NCBI GenBank assembly: GCA_038046345.1
Contig: JBBSWJ010000029.1
Coordinates: 1-55,350, forward strand
Direction: 5' to 3'
Origin: Nanobdellota archaeon
GTDB taxonomy: Archaea; Nanobdellota; Nanobdellia; SCGC-AAA011-G17; JACPNG01
Length of the DNA: 55,350 nt
Shown one piece after another: positions 26,477 through 34,799 of the stretch; position 1 is the first letter of the stretch; the number at the start of each line of letters is the position of its first letter. A program made the translations under genes and the position numbers. A model generated the notes under the pieces. That model saw nothing but the letters and a program-made list of their open reading frames with translations. It was not told the DNA's origin and searched no databases.

Positions 26477-27622
26477 ATGCATGAAGAACTGAAAAAATTA
26501 ACGATTAAAGGTAAAAGGAATGTAGCTAATCAAACAGGAGAATATAATTTAGCTGTTGAAGACACCCTGCTAGGAAGCTTGGTCATTGATGATAGAAGTG
26601 AGCATATAACCCCATGGACTTTGGTATGGCCCGACACTAAAAATAATCTTAATTCTTTAGAAAAATCATTTTTAGAAGTTGTTGATGCATTCTCAGAACA
26701 AATTAATTTGAAAGGTTGTGATTTAAAAGCTCTAAAGTTCTACATTTATACCACGGCTGCTTGGGAGCATTTTACGTTTAGAGAGCCAGAATCTTATCCG
26801 TTTCGTCCTTTGAAAGAAATTGATAAACAAGATGACTCTCTTATATTCTATTATGGAACTAGCCAACAGGTTTTGGATGCTTATTATTCTTCGTTAAGTC
26901 AGGCAAGCTCATCAGATGTTGATGAATATAGATTCTTTTATAATGATAAAATAAATCCTAACTTTAGGGCTCGCATAACAGGAGGCAGCAAACCATTTGT
27001 TTTAGAATTTGCTGGATCTCAAATTAATCTTCCTCAATGGCAGGGACGAATTGGATCAACAGATCATTATCCAACACCAGGATTATTGCGGTATATAATT
27101 AATCACCATCAAGAAAAGAGTAAAATTGAAAATCTTGATTTAGATGACGCTGCGCAGAAATTAAATGAAACTATCCGAAGGACATTGTGGCCAGGCAGAC
27201 CAACACATATTATTTTAGAGAGGCATAGAAAACTTACAACAAGAAGTTCGCAATTTGATAATACCCCAGCAGCTTCCGAAGGTGAAGTAGTTATTCATAC
27301 ATATCGAGAATTTTGTAGTTTAGAGGAAGCAGTAGAAGGATTAGAAGAAAAACCAGAAATTTATTTTGGATTGTATTCACGAAATGAATGGCAGGGTATC
27401 TATGAGATTATTCTAGCTAACCATGAAATGGATCAACACATTTTGCCTGACCAACAAGGTGACTTTGTGTTTCTAAGATCTTATCAGGTTGAGCTAGATG
27501 ATGATATGTGGGAAGCAAGAACTGAAGTTTCTTTCCATAGTCTATTTGAAGAGTTAAAAAAGAAATTTGAAACTGAGAAGGAACATGGTAGGCCTAAAAT
27601 ATACGGATTAAGAAAGATTTAG
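26477..27622 (+). CDS. Hypothetical cytoplasmic protein with no recognisable motif
   Basis: Long ORF (26411..27622). The ATG at 26477 lies about 25 nt downstream of the TATA-like GGATATATAC (26445..26455). Composition is less K/I-rich than the neighbouring genes. Confidence 0.7.
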   Translation: MHEELKKLTIKGKRNVANQTGEYNLAVEDTLLGSLVIDDRSEHITPWTLVWPDTKNNLNSLEKSFLEVVDAFSEQINLKGCDLKALKFYIYTTAAWEHFTFREPESYPFRPLKEIDKQDDSLIFYYGTSQQVLDAYYSSLSQASSSDVDEYRFFYNDKINPNFRARITGGSKPFVLEFAGSQINLPQWQGRIGSTDHYPTPGLLRYIINHHQEKSKIENLDLDDAAQKLNETIRRTLWPGRPTHIILERHRKLTTRSSQFDNTPAASEGEVVIHTYREFCSLEEAVEGLEEKPEIYFGLYSRNEWQGIYEIILANHEMDQHILPDQQGDFVFLRSYQVELDDDMWEARTEVSFHSLFEELKKKFETEKEHGRPKIYGLRKI

Positions 27623-27692
27623 CCATAACACGAGGTATTCATGGTAAGAAAACTTATATACATTTTTTAAAGTTATATTTAAACCCTGTTAG

Positions 27693-27732
27693 GGTGACCA
27701 CGGTTTGAGGAAGTTTTATATATGTGGTCACC
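27693..27732 (+). promoter_or_regulatory. Perfect 9-bp inverted repeat GGTGACCAC / GTGGTCACC bracketing the TATA box of the Fic gene (candidate operator)
   Basis: GGTGACCAC at 27693..27701, TTTTATATAT at 27714..27723, GTGGTCACC at 27724..27732, and the ATG at 27744. A third GGTGACCAC lies at 28646..28654. Confidence 0.55.
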
Positions 27733-27743
27733 TTTATAGGTTT

Positions 27744-28673
27744 ATGTTCATTGAAAAAAGACGTTCTGGAAAAAATACTAAGTATTATTTAGTGCATTCT
27801 TATAGGGACAAGCAAAATAAAGTTAAGAAGATTAGAAAATTTCTTGGATCTAATCTTTCAAAAACTCAGCTTGAAAAGTTACAACAAAGAGCTGAAGTGT
27901 TGATTCTTGAGCGTATTAAAGAATCAAGAGTTGAGGTATTTGAGTTTTCTCTTTCTGAGAAAGAGATCGAGAAACTAAACAAGTTAAGCAAGGAGATTAA
28001 AATAGTTCATTTGGATAAAGAGGCATGGAAACTATTTACTGAAGATTTTGTGTATAACACCAATGCCATTGAAGGGTCTACTGTCCTGCGTGATGAAATT
28101 CCTAAGATTTTAGAAAAGAAAAGGGTGACAGATCCTGAAGAGATTGAAACAAAAGGCGTTGCAAAAGCTATAGGTTTTATTAGAACAATAAAGCAAGAGT
28201 TTTCTCTCTCCTTCATGAAGAAACTCCATTTATTATGTTTTGCTGGTTCAAAAGATTTTGCTGGGAAGTTTCGAGATGTTGAAGTTGCTGTTGTAGACCG
28301 TGAAGGGAATGTTATTCATAGTGGCATTCCTGTGAAAGAAATGAATGAAGCTCTTGAAGAGCTGGTTGAGTGGTATAAAGAGAATAAACAAAAGTTTACC
28401 CCAATAGTTCTTGCTGGTATTATTCATAACCAATTTGAGAATATTCATCCTTTTGCTGACGGTAATGGGAGAGTCGGAAGGCTGTTGTTAAATTATATTC
28501 TCTTACGGCATAAATATCCTCCAATTAACATTCTTCTTGAAGATAGAGCTACATATTACAAAGTTTTACAAGATTTTGAGAGAAGACATAAAGTAAAGCC
28601 GATAGTTGATTTTTTAATAAAACAATATCAGAAAACTCTGAAACAGGTGACCACACAAAAGAAAAAAAGCTAA
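27744..28673 (+). CDS. Fic-family protein (AMPylase-type), class II with an internal inhibitory motif
   Basis: Fic motif HPFADGNGRVGRLL. The upstream TNAIEG fits the (S/T)xxxE(G/N) inhibitory helix. Start taken at MFIEKRR. Confidence 0.85.
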   Translation: MFIEKRRSGKNTKYYLVHSYRDKQNKVKKIRKFLGSNLSKTQLEKLQQRAEVLILERIKESRVEVFEFSLSEKEIEKLNKLSKEIKIVHLDKEAWKLFTEDFVYNTNAIEGSTVLRDEIPKILEKKRVTDPEEIETKGVAKAIGFIRTIKQEFSLSFMKKLHLLCFAGSKDFAGKFRDVEVAVVDREGNVIHSGIPVKEMNEALEELVEWYKENKQKFTPIVLAGIIHNQFENIHPFADGNGRVGRLLLNYILLRHKYPPINILLEDRATYYKVLQDFERRHKVKPIVDFLIKQYQKTLKQVTTQKKKS

Positions 28674-28703
28674 AATGTAGGGGTAATATACCCATAATAA
28701 AAA

Positions 28704-28801
28704 CGCCCAAGCCGGGAATCGAACCCGGATCGCAGCCGTTCTACAAAACCATAAATGAATTTTTCGACAGGGCTACGTGATAGCCGTTACACTACTTGGG
28801 C
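28704..28801 (-). tRNA. tRNA-Asp (anticodon GTC) with a ~26-nt intron in the anticodon loop
   Basis: Reverse complement folds with acceptor GCCCAAG/CTTGGGC, discriminator G and T arm CCGGG-TTCGATT-CCCGG. The anticodon stem TAGCC/GGCTG encloses 33 nt beginning CTGTC. The exact splice sites were not resolved. Confidence 0.75.
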
Positions 28802-28825
28802 ATTAGGGTGAGTTCACATAATAAC

Positions 28826-30376
28826 TTATAAAGATTGTGTCTTTCTGCTTATATCATCAAATAATTCTCTTCCGCTCATGATAACAACATCTTGATCTAA
28901 CATTGACACGAATTTCTGAATCTTTTCCATAACGTCTTCTTCATCAACAGCATGTACTACAACATTGGTATGCGAGCCTACTGGTGATCGGTTAATTTCA
29001 GCCGCTAGTTCTTCTGCTGTTTTGTGCCCGGACCATATCGAGCTTGCTCCAATGATTGGTGTGCTGCCAATATACCTTACTGCACCTGCTAGCTCTGAAT
29101 AATACTCACCGCCTTTAAACAAAACACCACTTGTTATATTAGCTAAATGATCTGCAATTTTAATATCTGGTTCATCAATAACAGAAACAACTTCTAAATC
29201 CAAACTTCTTAATAATCTACTGCAATCTTCTGCGTATTCGGTTTTGTAACTGAACATACTTTGAAAAGTATATGCCTGGCATGTTGATGCGCCTATAAAG
29301 AAATCATTTGGCCCTGCATTTTTGTAATAGTATTCTATTAATGTTGGAGCGAGTAAAGCAATTATTGGTGGTACTTCCCAATTGATTGGAAAATCAGTTT
29401 TATGTAAGAAAAATTCTTCAGTAAGAAAGTTTCTAGAAAATAAACCAAGATTATCTCCGTCACTTAGATATATTGCTACTGCTTTTGAATCTCTTGGTAT
29501 AGTAACAAAATGATGATTTGGCTGAACTAAATCATTAGTATTTATCTGATTAAGAACTGACAGATTTGAGATAGTATTTGAAGGTATTGCCAATAAAGAA
29601 TTAATTGAAGCATCCCGCACCCATTCGTACTCACTATTATTTCCACGCCACCCCAACACTAATCTTCCAGGTCTTGAGCTAGAAAAAACTTCTCTTGAGA
29701 ATTGAGGGCTGCCTTCACCTGAATGGAATACACAGATATTTTCATAAACTGCAAAGTCTGTTATAAAATGAAGAAGTGATGGTTCTATCTCTATCAAGTA
29801 TCTATCATTACAATCAACATTTTCTAATACCCATTTATTGTCTAGCTCACTAGCATCAAATCGTTCAAGTTTTTTTATTGTTTCAGACAGCTTTTCTTCT
29901 AATGATCTTTCTACTACTATCGCATTTTTTATTCCGGCTAATGAAACTGCTGCGTATAATGATTCTTTTCTGTGCTTATCGTAAATTATATAACCGCTTA
30001 TGCTACTCAAGTGTTTTTTAAGATGCCAGTCTATATCATCATTGTAAGAGATAGTGATACCATGATTATCACTTAAGTAGTTTAACCAGCCTTCTGGACC
30101 AAAAGGTGTGATCCATATCATCGAAGGTTCTTTTCTTGCCGATAAACCTTGAAGACTTGCGATTAATACTTGTTCTTCGGGTGATAAAAAACTGGTATTT
30201 ATGACGTCTAAATTATAGGGGGTGTAGTATTGTGGTGGTTGATAGGTATGAATATATTCTTGAGTCTTAAAGGGTGTTGCTTCTGGATTATAAGATGAAC
30301 TTCCTGATCCGCAACCAATGCTCATCCCTAAAGCAAGAGCTATAATTCTTTTAGAAAAAAGTTTTTTCAAAAGCAC
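28826..30376 (-). CDS. Hypothetical secreted lipoprotein-like protein
   Basis: The N-terminus MLLKKLFSKRIIALALGMSIGCGSGSSS is lipobox-like. The 516-aa soluble body carries no motif I can name. Confidence 0.75.
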   Translation of the reverse strand: MLLKKLFSKRIIALALGMSIGCGSGSSSYNPEATPFKTQEYIHTYQPPQYYTPYNLDVINTSFLSPEEQVLIASLQGLSARKEPSMIWITPFGPEGWLNYLSDNHGITISYNDDIDWHLKKHLSSISGYIIYDKHRKESLYAAVSLAGIKNAIVVERSLEEKLSETIKKLERFDASELDNKWVLENVDCNDRYLIEIEPSLLHFITDFAVYENICVFHSGEGSPQFSREVFSSSRPGRLVLGWRGNNSEYEWVRDASINSLLAIPSNTISNLSVLNQINTNDLVQPNHHFVTIPRDSKAVAIYLSDGDNLGLFSRNFLTEEFFLHKTDFPINWEVPPIIALLAPTLIEYYYKNAGPNDFFIGASTCQAYTFQSMFSYKTEYAEDCSRLLRSLDLEVVSVIDEPDIKIADHLANITSGVLFKGGEYYSELAGAVRYIGSTPIIGASSIWSGHKTAEELAAEINRSPVGSHTNVVVHAVDEEDVMEKIQKFVSMLDQDVVIMSGRELFDDISRKTQSL

Positions 30377-30423
30377 TTATTTATTTTTGTAGTGATTAAT
30401 ATAAAAGTCTTTTCTTAACAAAA

Positions 30424-30437
30424 ATGTGTTGCTGGGA
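30424..30437 (+). repeat. Direct repeat ATGTGTTGCTGGGA (left flank of the Bro-N gene); a degenerate copy lies at 30464..30478
   Basis: Matches 31625..31638 (ATGTGTTGCTGAGA) at 13 of 14 positions. The second copy, ATGTGTTGAGCTGGG, has one inserted base. Confidence 0.6.
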
Positions 30438-30498
30438 TATTCTCTTTGATGCTTAAATGGATTATGTGTTGAGCTGGGTAGTCGGTATATTATAAAGA

Positions 30499-31377
30499 TT
30501 ATTTAGCGCCCCTGTTCTTTTTTGATCGCTTATCTTTTATTTTAAAATTATTCTTTGACAGATTTAATAAATTATCTTTTGCGTTTTTTTGGGTGATTAT
30601 GCTATCTCCAAGCTGCTTTTCAATATCTATTCTTGTGTTTCCTGCAATAGTACCTCCTCTTATTGCTATGTTTTTGCTGTCTTCAAACTTAGCTGGATTT
30701 TCTTTTTTTGATAATTCTGTCGTAGTTGCTTCCGCTAGCATATTCAATACAAGCTCAAGATTGGTCATATTGTCTCTCAAATTCTCCTTTTTTAAGTTTT
30801 TTAGCTGTTTATATTCAGCTACTGTCTTACCAGACCATGCTTTTGTAATCTCATTTGTAAGAATAGCAAAGTCAGATTCTTTTTCTAGTCCAGACCTGTT
30901 CCATTCATCAGTTAATTCTTTTCTGACTTCTATGGTTTTTAGCCTTTGATTAATCCATTCTTTGGAATGCCCTTTTTGCAGATAGGTTTTCATAGCCCTA
31001 TCGAATGCAAGTTCAGGGTCATATGTTTCATTTATTCTCTCGTTACCTACTTTAGCAAGCCATACTTTGAAAGGCTCTGCTTTTTTTGAAGGAATTGATT
31101 GGGCAAGCCTTAGGATTTGCTCGGTGTCGCCTACATCTGTGAGCCTCATCTTGCCATCTGGTGAAAGCATTTTCAAAGTGTTACAATTTGTAACGGTTTC
31201 GCTTCCTTCATCTTTCAGTCTCATTTTCAGGACCCTCCAATATGTTTGCGGGTTTTCGCTCCCTGTAAGCACAGCTATAACATCAACAATTGAAAAATAC
31301 CATTTTTCCTCTTCTTGACTCCATTCTACTCTTACCTTTTTGTTCTCAAATAGTTTTATTGCATGTTCTTTGTCCAT
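30499..31377 (-). CDS. Bro-N domain protein (phage antirepressor / DinD-like family)
   Basis: The N-terminus FENKKVRVEWSQEEEKWYFSIVDVIAVLTGSENPQTYW has the Bro-N pattern. The C-terminal half (EWINQRLKTIEVRKELTDEWNRSG...NLRDNMTNLELVLNMLAEATTTEL) matches the common bacterial Bro-N/DinD-type architecture. Confidence 0.8.
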   Translation of the reverse strand: MDKEHAIKLFENKKVRVEWSQEEEKWYFSIVDVIAVLTGSENPQTYWRVLKMRLKDEGSETVTNCNTLKMLSPDGKMRLTDVGDTEQILRLAQSIPSKKAEPFKVWLAKVGNERINETYDPELAFDRAMKTYLQKGHSKEWINQRLKTIEVRKELTDEWNRSGLEKESDFAILTNEITKAWSGKTVAEYKQLKNLKKENLRDNMTNLELVLNMLAEATTTELSKKENPAKFEDSKNIAIRGGTIAGNTRIDIEKQLGDSIITQKNAKDNLLNLSKNNFKIKDKRSKKNRGAK

Positions 31378-31624
31378 TGTTTCACTTCAGACTAATTTCA
31401 CTTTAAACGCTTTCTGCATTAAGGAATTTTTATTTTTTTTAAAATACTTATTCATCTCTTCTAACGTTGTTCCTGTGATCGTTCTAGCAGCTGTTTTTTA
31501 TAGTACTTTCTTATTGTAAATTTTTCATTGTCCATATCGATGATTTTCCATTTTTCTCCATGATTACTTTCTAATCATGACCCATTTTTAATATCACATG
31601 TTGTAATCGAGATTTAGAATTTAT

Positions 31625-31638
31625 ATGTGTTGCTGAGA
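31625..31638 (+). repeat. Direct repeat ATGTGTTGCTGAGA (right flank of the Bro-N gene)
   Basis: See 30424..30437. Confidence 0.6.
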
Positions 31639-31802
31639 AAAAACCTAAAAGTTTTCGAATTATTTAGAATAATCTTCTAAAAATCAGGAATTTGTTAAAT
31701 TTAGTATAATCACCAGCATTCAACTTAAGAATCATCACCCGTTATTGCGACAGAGAGATTTGTAGAAACATTTAAAAGTCTGTATTGAACAAAGTTGTAT
31801 AA

Positions 31803-31930
31803 CCCGCTGTAGTTTAGTGGTAGAACATTCGGCTGTAGCTAGTAGCGCTGTTTTGACCTTAGCACTTGCCAGGGATGATAAATATTCAGCAGAACCCGGA
31901 AAGTCGCTGGTTCGAATCCAGCCAGCGGGA
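31803..31930 (+). tRNA. tRNA-Tyr (anticodon GTA) with a ~56-nt intron
   Basis: Acceptor CCCGCTG/CAGCGGG gives a C1-G72 pair, with discriminator A. D stem GTTT/GAAC. The anticodon stem TTCGG/CCGGA encloses 63 nt beginning CTGTAG. T arm GCTGG-TTCGAAT-CCAGC. Confidence 0.85.
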
Positions 31931-31932
31931 TT

Positions 31933-33351
31933 TTACTCATTTTTTTTAGCAGTCAAATATAATCTATTGGACTTAGTTTGTAATCTTTTATTTTTATTGC
32001 TGTATAATACAGCTGCTGGTGGCAATTTTATTGTTCCAACAATATGAACTTTACTGTGCACTTTATATGTTAAAACTCTTTCTTCTCCGGGAGCTAAGTT
32101 TCCAAATCCCCATGTTAATCTTATTCCCTGAGCTGCTTTTTGAATTTTTTCTGGTTTTAAAGTTCCAAACTCAGGTGTTGGGCTCATTAAGTGCGGCAGA
32201 AAATCTACTATTTTTACATTAGGGATATTACCAAGCTTATTCCTGATTATTAATTTTATTTTTATCTCTGTTATACCATCTTTTTCTCTTGTTACTGAGT
32301 AAAGCTCCTTTTTAATTGTTATTTTTCTAGTGAAAAAATATACTATAAATATTATTAATGCTATTACTAATACTACACCAACTACAAATGATCTAAAATC
32401 AACTTTTACAACTATCTCTTGGTATTCACCAGGCTTTAGCTCAAATGCCCACTCGAAATAGTTTTTAGTAGCTGCTGTTGGAGCCGGTGTTGCTACTGCA
32501 AATGTTTGTTCAAATCTGTTTAATGGTATTCTAACTTTTTCTTCTACTGCTAAATTTCCATCATTAGTTTTTACCATGGTAATCTCTTTTTTAAAAAATG
32601 AGTTTTTCTTCTGAACTTGTTCTGTTATGTCCGGGTTTTTAATTATCTGAAATGTTTTTTTGTAATTACCAAGCTCTTCTTTTTCTGTTACTACTTTTAT
32701 TTGCAGTGTATACTGGCCCGGTGTTGTTGATGTTGGGATATCAAGCAGAATTTTTTTACTTATTTTTACATCGTAGATAAGTGGAGTAGTGAATTCATCT
32801 TCAAATAATTCTGATATTATCTTTACTGTAGCATTCTTTATCAGAATGTTTACTGAAGGTTCTACAGTTACTGTAAACTCTTTTTCTTTTGAAATTGTTA
32901 TGTCATCTGGCAGATCAGTATTAATTATGGTTAATTGCGGAGGGTTTATCAATCTAAACTCTAATGGTATTCTGACTTTTAATTCAGGATTTGTAACTGC
33001 TGTTATTGTTAGCATTGTTTGTATTCTCTGATTAGGTGGCACTGATTCGAATGTTTTAATCTTAACGTCTACATCCCTTGTTTCTCTTGGTGGTATTTTG
33101 ATAGTATGTGGTTTAATTATTATATCTTGTATTGACTCTGAGAATGGATGGACATCTAATTGGTTTGAGTTTATAGAAAATGTTGTTTCTGTGTCACCTT
33201 TGTTTCTTAGTTCTAATGTGTAGGCTGCTACTCCTCCCGGAGTTATTTCTGTTTTACTCCTTAAAATTTCTGTGCTTAGTACACTTCCAAAAACTGGAGT
33301 AACAAGGAGTAATATAATTGTTAGCAATAGAAATAGTTTTGAGTTGACCAT
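31933..33351 (-). CDS. Hypothetical surface protein with CARDB/NEW3-like beta-sandwich repeats, one TM segment and a ~125-aa C-terminal domain
   Basis: Signal peptide MVNSKLFLLLTIILLLVTPVFG. PGGVAAYTLELRNKGDTETTF is a pattern typical of CARDB/NEW3 domains. TM segment is FVVGVVLVIALIIFIVYFF. The C-terminal GNLAPGEERVLTYKV is DUF11-like. Confidence 0.7.
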   Translation of the reverse strand: MVNSKLFLLLTIILLLVTPVFGSVLSTEILRSKTEITPGGVAAYTLELRNKGDTETTFSINSNQLDVHPFSESIQDIIIKPHTIKIPPRETRDVDVKIKTFESVPPNQRIQTMLTITAVTNPELKVRIPLEFRLINPPQLTIINTDLPDDITISKEKEFTVTVEPSVNILIKNATVKIISELFEDEFTTPLIYDVKISKKILLDIPTSTTPGQYTLQIKVVTEKEELGNYKKTFQIIKNPDITEQVQKKNSFFKKEITMVKTNDGNLAVEEKVRIPLNRFEQTFAVATPAPTAATKNYFEWAFELKPGEYQEIVVKVDFRSFVVGVVLVIALIIFIVYFFTRKITIKKELYSVTREKDGITEIKIKLIIRNKLGNIPNVKIVDFLPHLMSPTPEFGTLKPEKIQKAAQGIRLTWGFGNLAPGEERVLTYKVHSKVHIVGTIKLPPAAVLYSNKNKRLQTKSNRLYLTAKKNE

Positions 33352-33557
33352 GAATCTGTTGGCGGTTATGAATATTTAAAGTTTTTGTGGGGTGTTTTAG
33401 CCGAATTCTCTATAAACGTTCGGATAATGTGCCAAATAAGTTTGATTTGCACTTTATTTGAAAAAGCCAATAAGGCAGGGTTGTTGATTTTATGATGAAA
33501 ACAGCGTATTTGATTATCATGCATAACCCTAAAAAATCTATCTAAATCATAAGATGT

Positions 33558-34799
33558 ATGGATGATAAAGGGTATTACCAAAAACGTTGGTACAAAGGTC
33601 TAATCCCAATAGATATACTATTCCCAAATAAACAATTTGGCGGGATTTATCACTTAGGAATTCATATTTTGTATGACCTTATTATGAGGGACGTAAGGTT
33701 TACAGCAAAAAAAGTGTATAGTGACTCTGGGAGACTAACAAGCAAACTAATAGGGATAAGCATATCATATGAAAGAGATTTTAAAAGAATACCAAAATTA
33801 CTAAAGGAAAATAATATCAAGATCACAAAAGATAGAGAACAAATAATATTTTGCGGCGGAACTGCAGTAATGTTAAACACAAAATCTATAGAACCAATAG
33901 CAGACTTTATAGTTCTTGGAGATATAGAAGCAATAATGCCTGAAGTTTTAAAAAAATACAAAGAACAAGGAAAGGAACAATTTCTTAAAGAAATAAAAGA
34001 CATAGAAGGGGTTTACATACCAGGCGGAAAAAAAACAGTAAAGGAAATTGAAGATTTAGATTTAGTCGCATATCCATTGTACCAACCGCTGCCAGAAAAT
34101 ATGAATAACAAATTTGTTTTTGGAGAAACATTCATGCTTGAAATTGAAAGATCCTGCCCATACAGCTGTTCATTTTGTGTTATTCCGGCCGTCAATAAAA
34201 AAAATAAAATAAGAAGCCTTGAAAGCATAAAGAAAATAATAGATGCAGGAATTAAGATAAATAAAAGAGAACATGTAACAATATATAGCCCAGCGTTTAC
34301 ACATCCAAAAAGAAAAGAAATACTAAAATACTTACTTGAAAAAGGCTTAAGATTTTCACTGCCATCAATAAGAGCAGAAGTAATAGACGAAGAATTACTT
34401 GAATTAATACAACAAGGCGGAGAAAAAAGCATAACAATAGCACCAGAAAGCACTGAAAGATTAAGAAAAGATTTAGGGAAAGCTGTATCAAATAAAGTTT
34501 ATGAGAATATTATAAACTTAGCAAAAAATCATGGTCTAAAAGTAAAATTGTATGCTCTGATAGGCACACCTGGAATGTCTGATCTAGATGTAGAGGAATT
34601 ATGCCGGTGGTTAAATCAACAAAAATGCTACGTTTCAATTAATCCTCTAGTCCCTAAAAAACTTACAGAATTATCATACTATAAATTTGACACGGAAAAA
34701 ATAAAAAAACAAGCAGAGATAGTAAAGAAAAATCTAAAAGTAAAATACAAAATAGCTAATATTAATAATTCTTACGAAGAGTATATAGCAGGAATATGA
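33558..34799 (+). CDS. Radical SAM protein (COG1032-like, with an N-terminal B12-binding-like domain)
   Basis: ERSCPYSCSFCVIP contains the CxxxCxxC motif, preceded by a Rossmann-like N-terminal domain. ATGA overlap with the downstream gene. Confidence 0.85.
   Translation: MDDKGYYQKRWYKGLIPIDILFPNKQFGGIYHLGIHILYDLIMRDVRFTAKKVYSDSGRLTSKLIGISISYERDFKRIPKLLKENNIKITKDREQIIFCGGTAVMLNTKSIEPIADFIVLGDIEAIMPEVLKKYKEQGKEQFLKEIKDIEGVYIPGGKKTVKEIEDLDLVAYPLYQPLPENMNNKFVFGETFMLEIERSCPYSCSFCVIPAVNKKNKIRSLESIKKIIDAGIKINKREHVTIYSPAFTHPKRKEILKYLLEKGLRFSLPSIRAEVIDEELLELIQQGGEKSITIAPESTERLRKDLGKAVSNKVYENIINLAKNHGLKVKLYALIGTPGMSDLDVEELCRWLNQQKCYVSINPLVPKKLTELSYYKFDTEKIKKQAEIVKKNLKVKYKIANINNSYEEYIAGI

Noticed and set aside
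31378-31802. Hidden gene in the 425-bp gap upstream of Bro-N
   Set aside because: Only ORFs of up to about 25 codons exist in any frame. The gap is treated as non-coding or decayed DNA.
31840-31895. Possible box C/D guide RNA inside the tRNA-Tyr intron (as in some archaeal tRNA-Trp introns)
   Set aside because: Only a degenerate AUGAUAA (not RUGAUGA) is present, and there is no CUGA D box in the right position.
31817-32047. 76-aa plus-strand ORF
   Set aside because: It starts inside the tRNA-Tyr gene and runs antisense into the 472-aa surface-protein gene. The tRNA fold explains the sequence.
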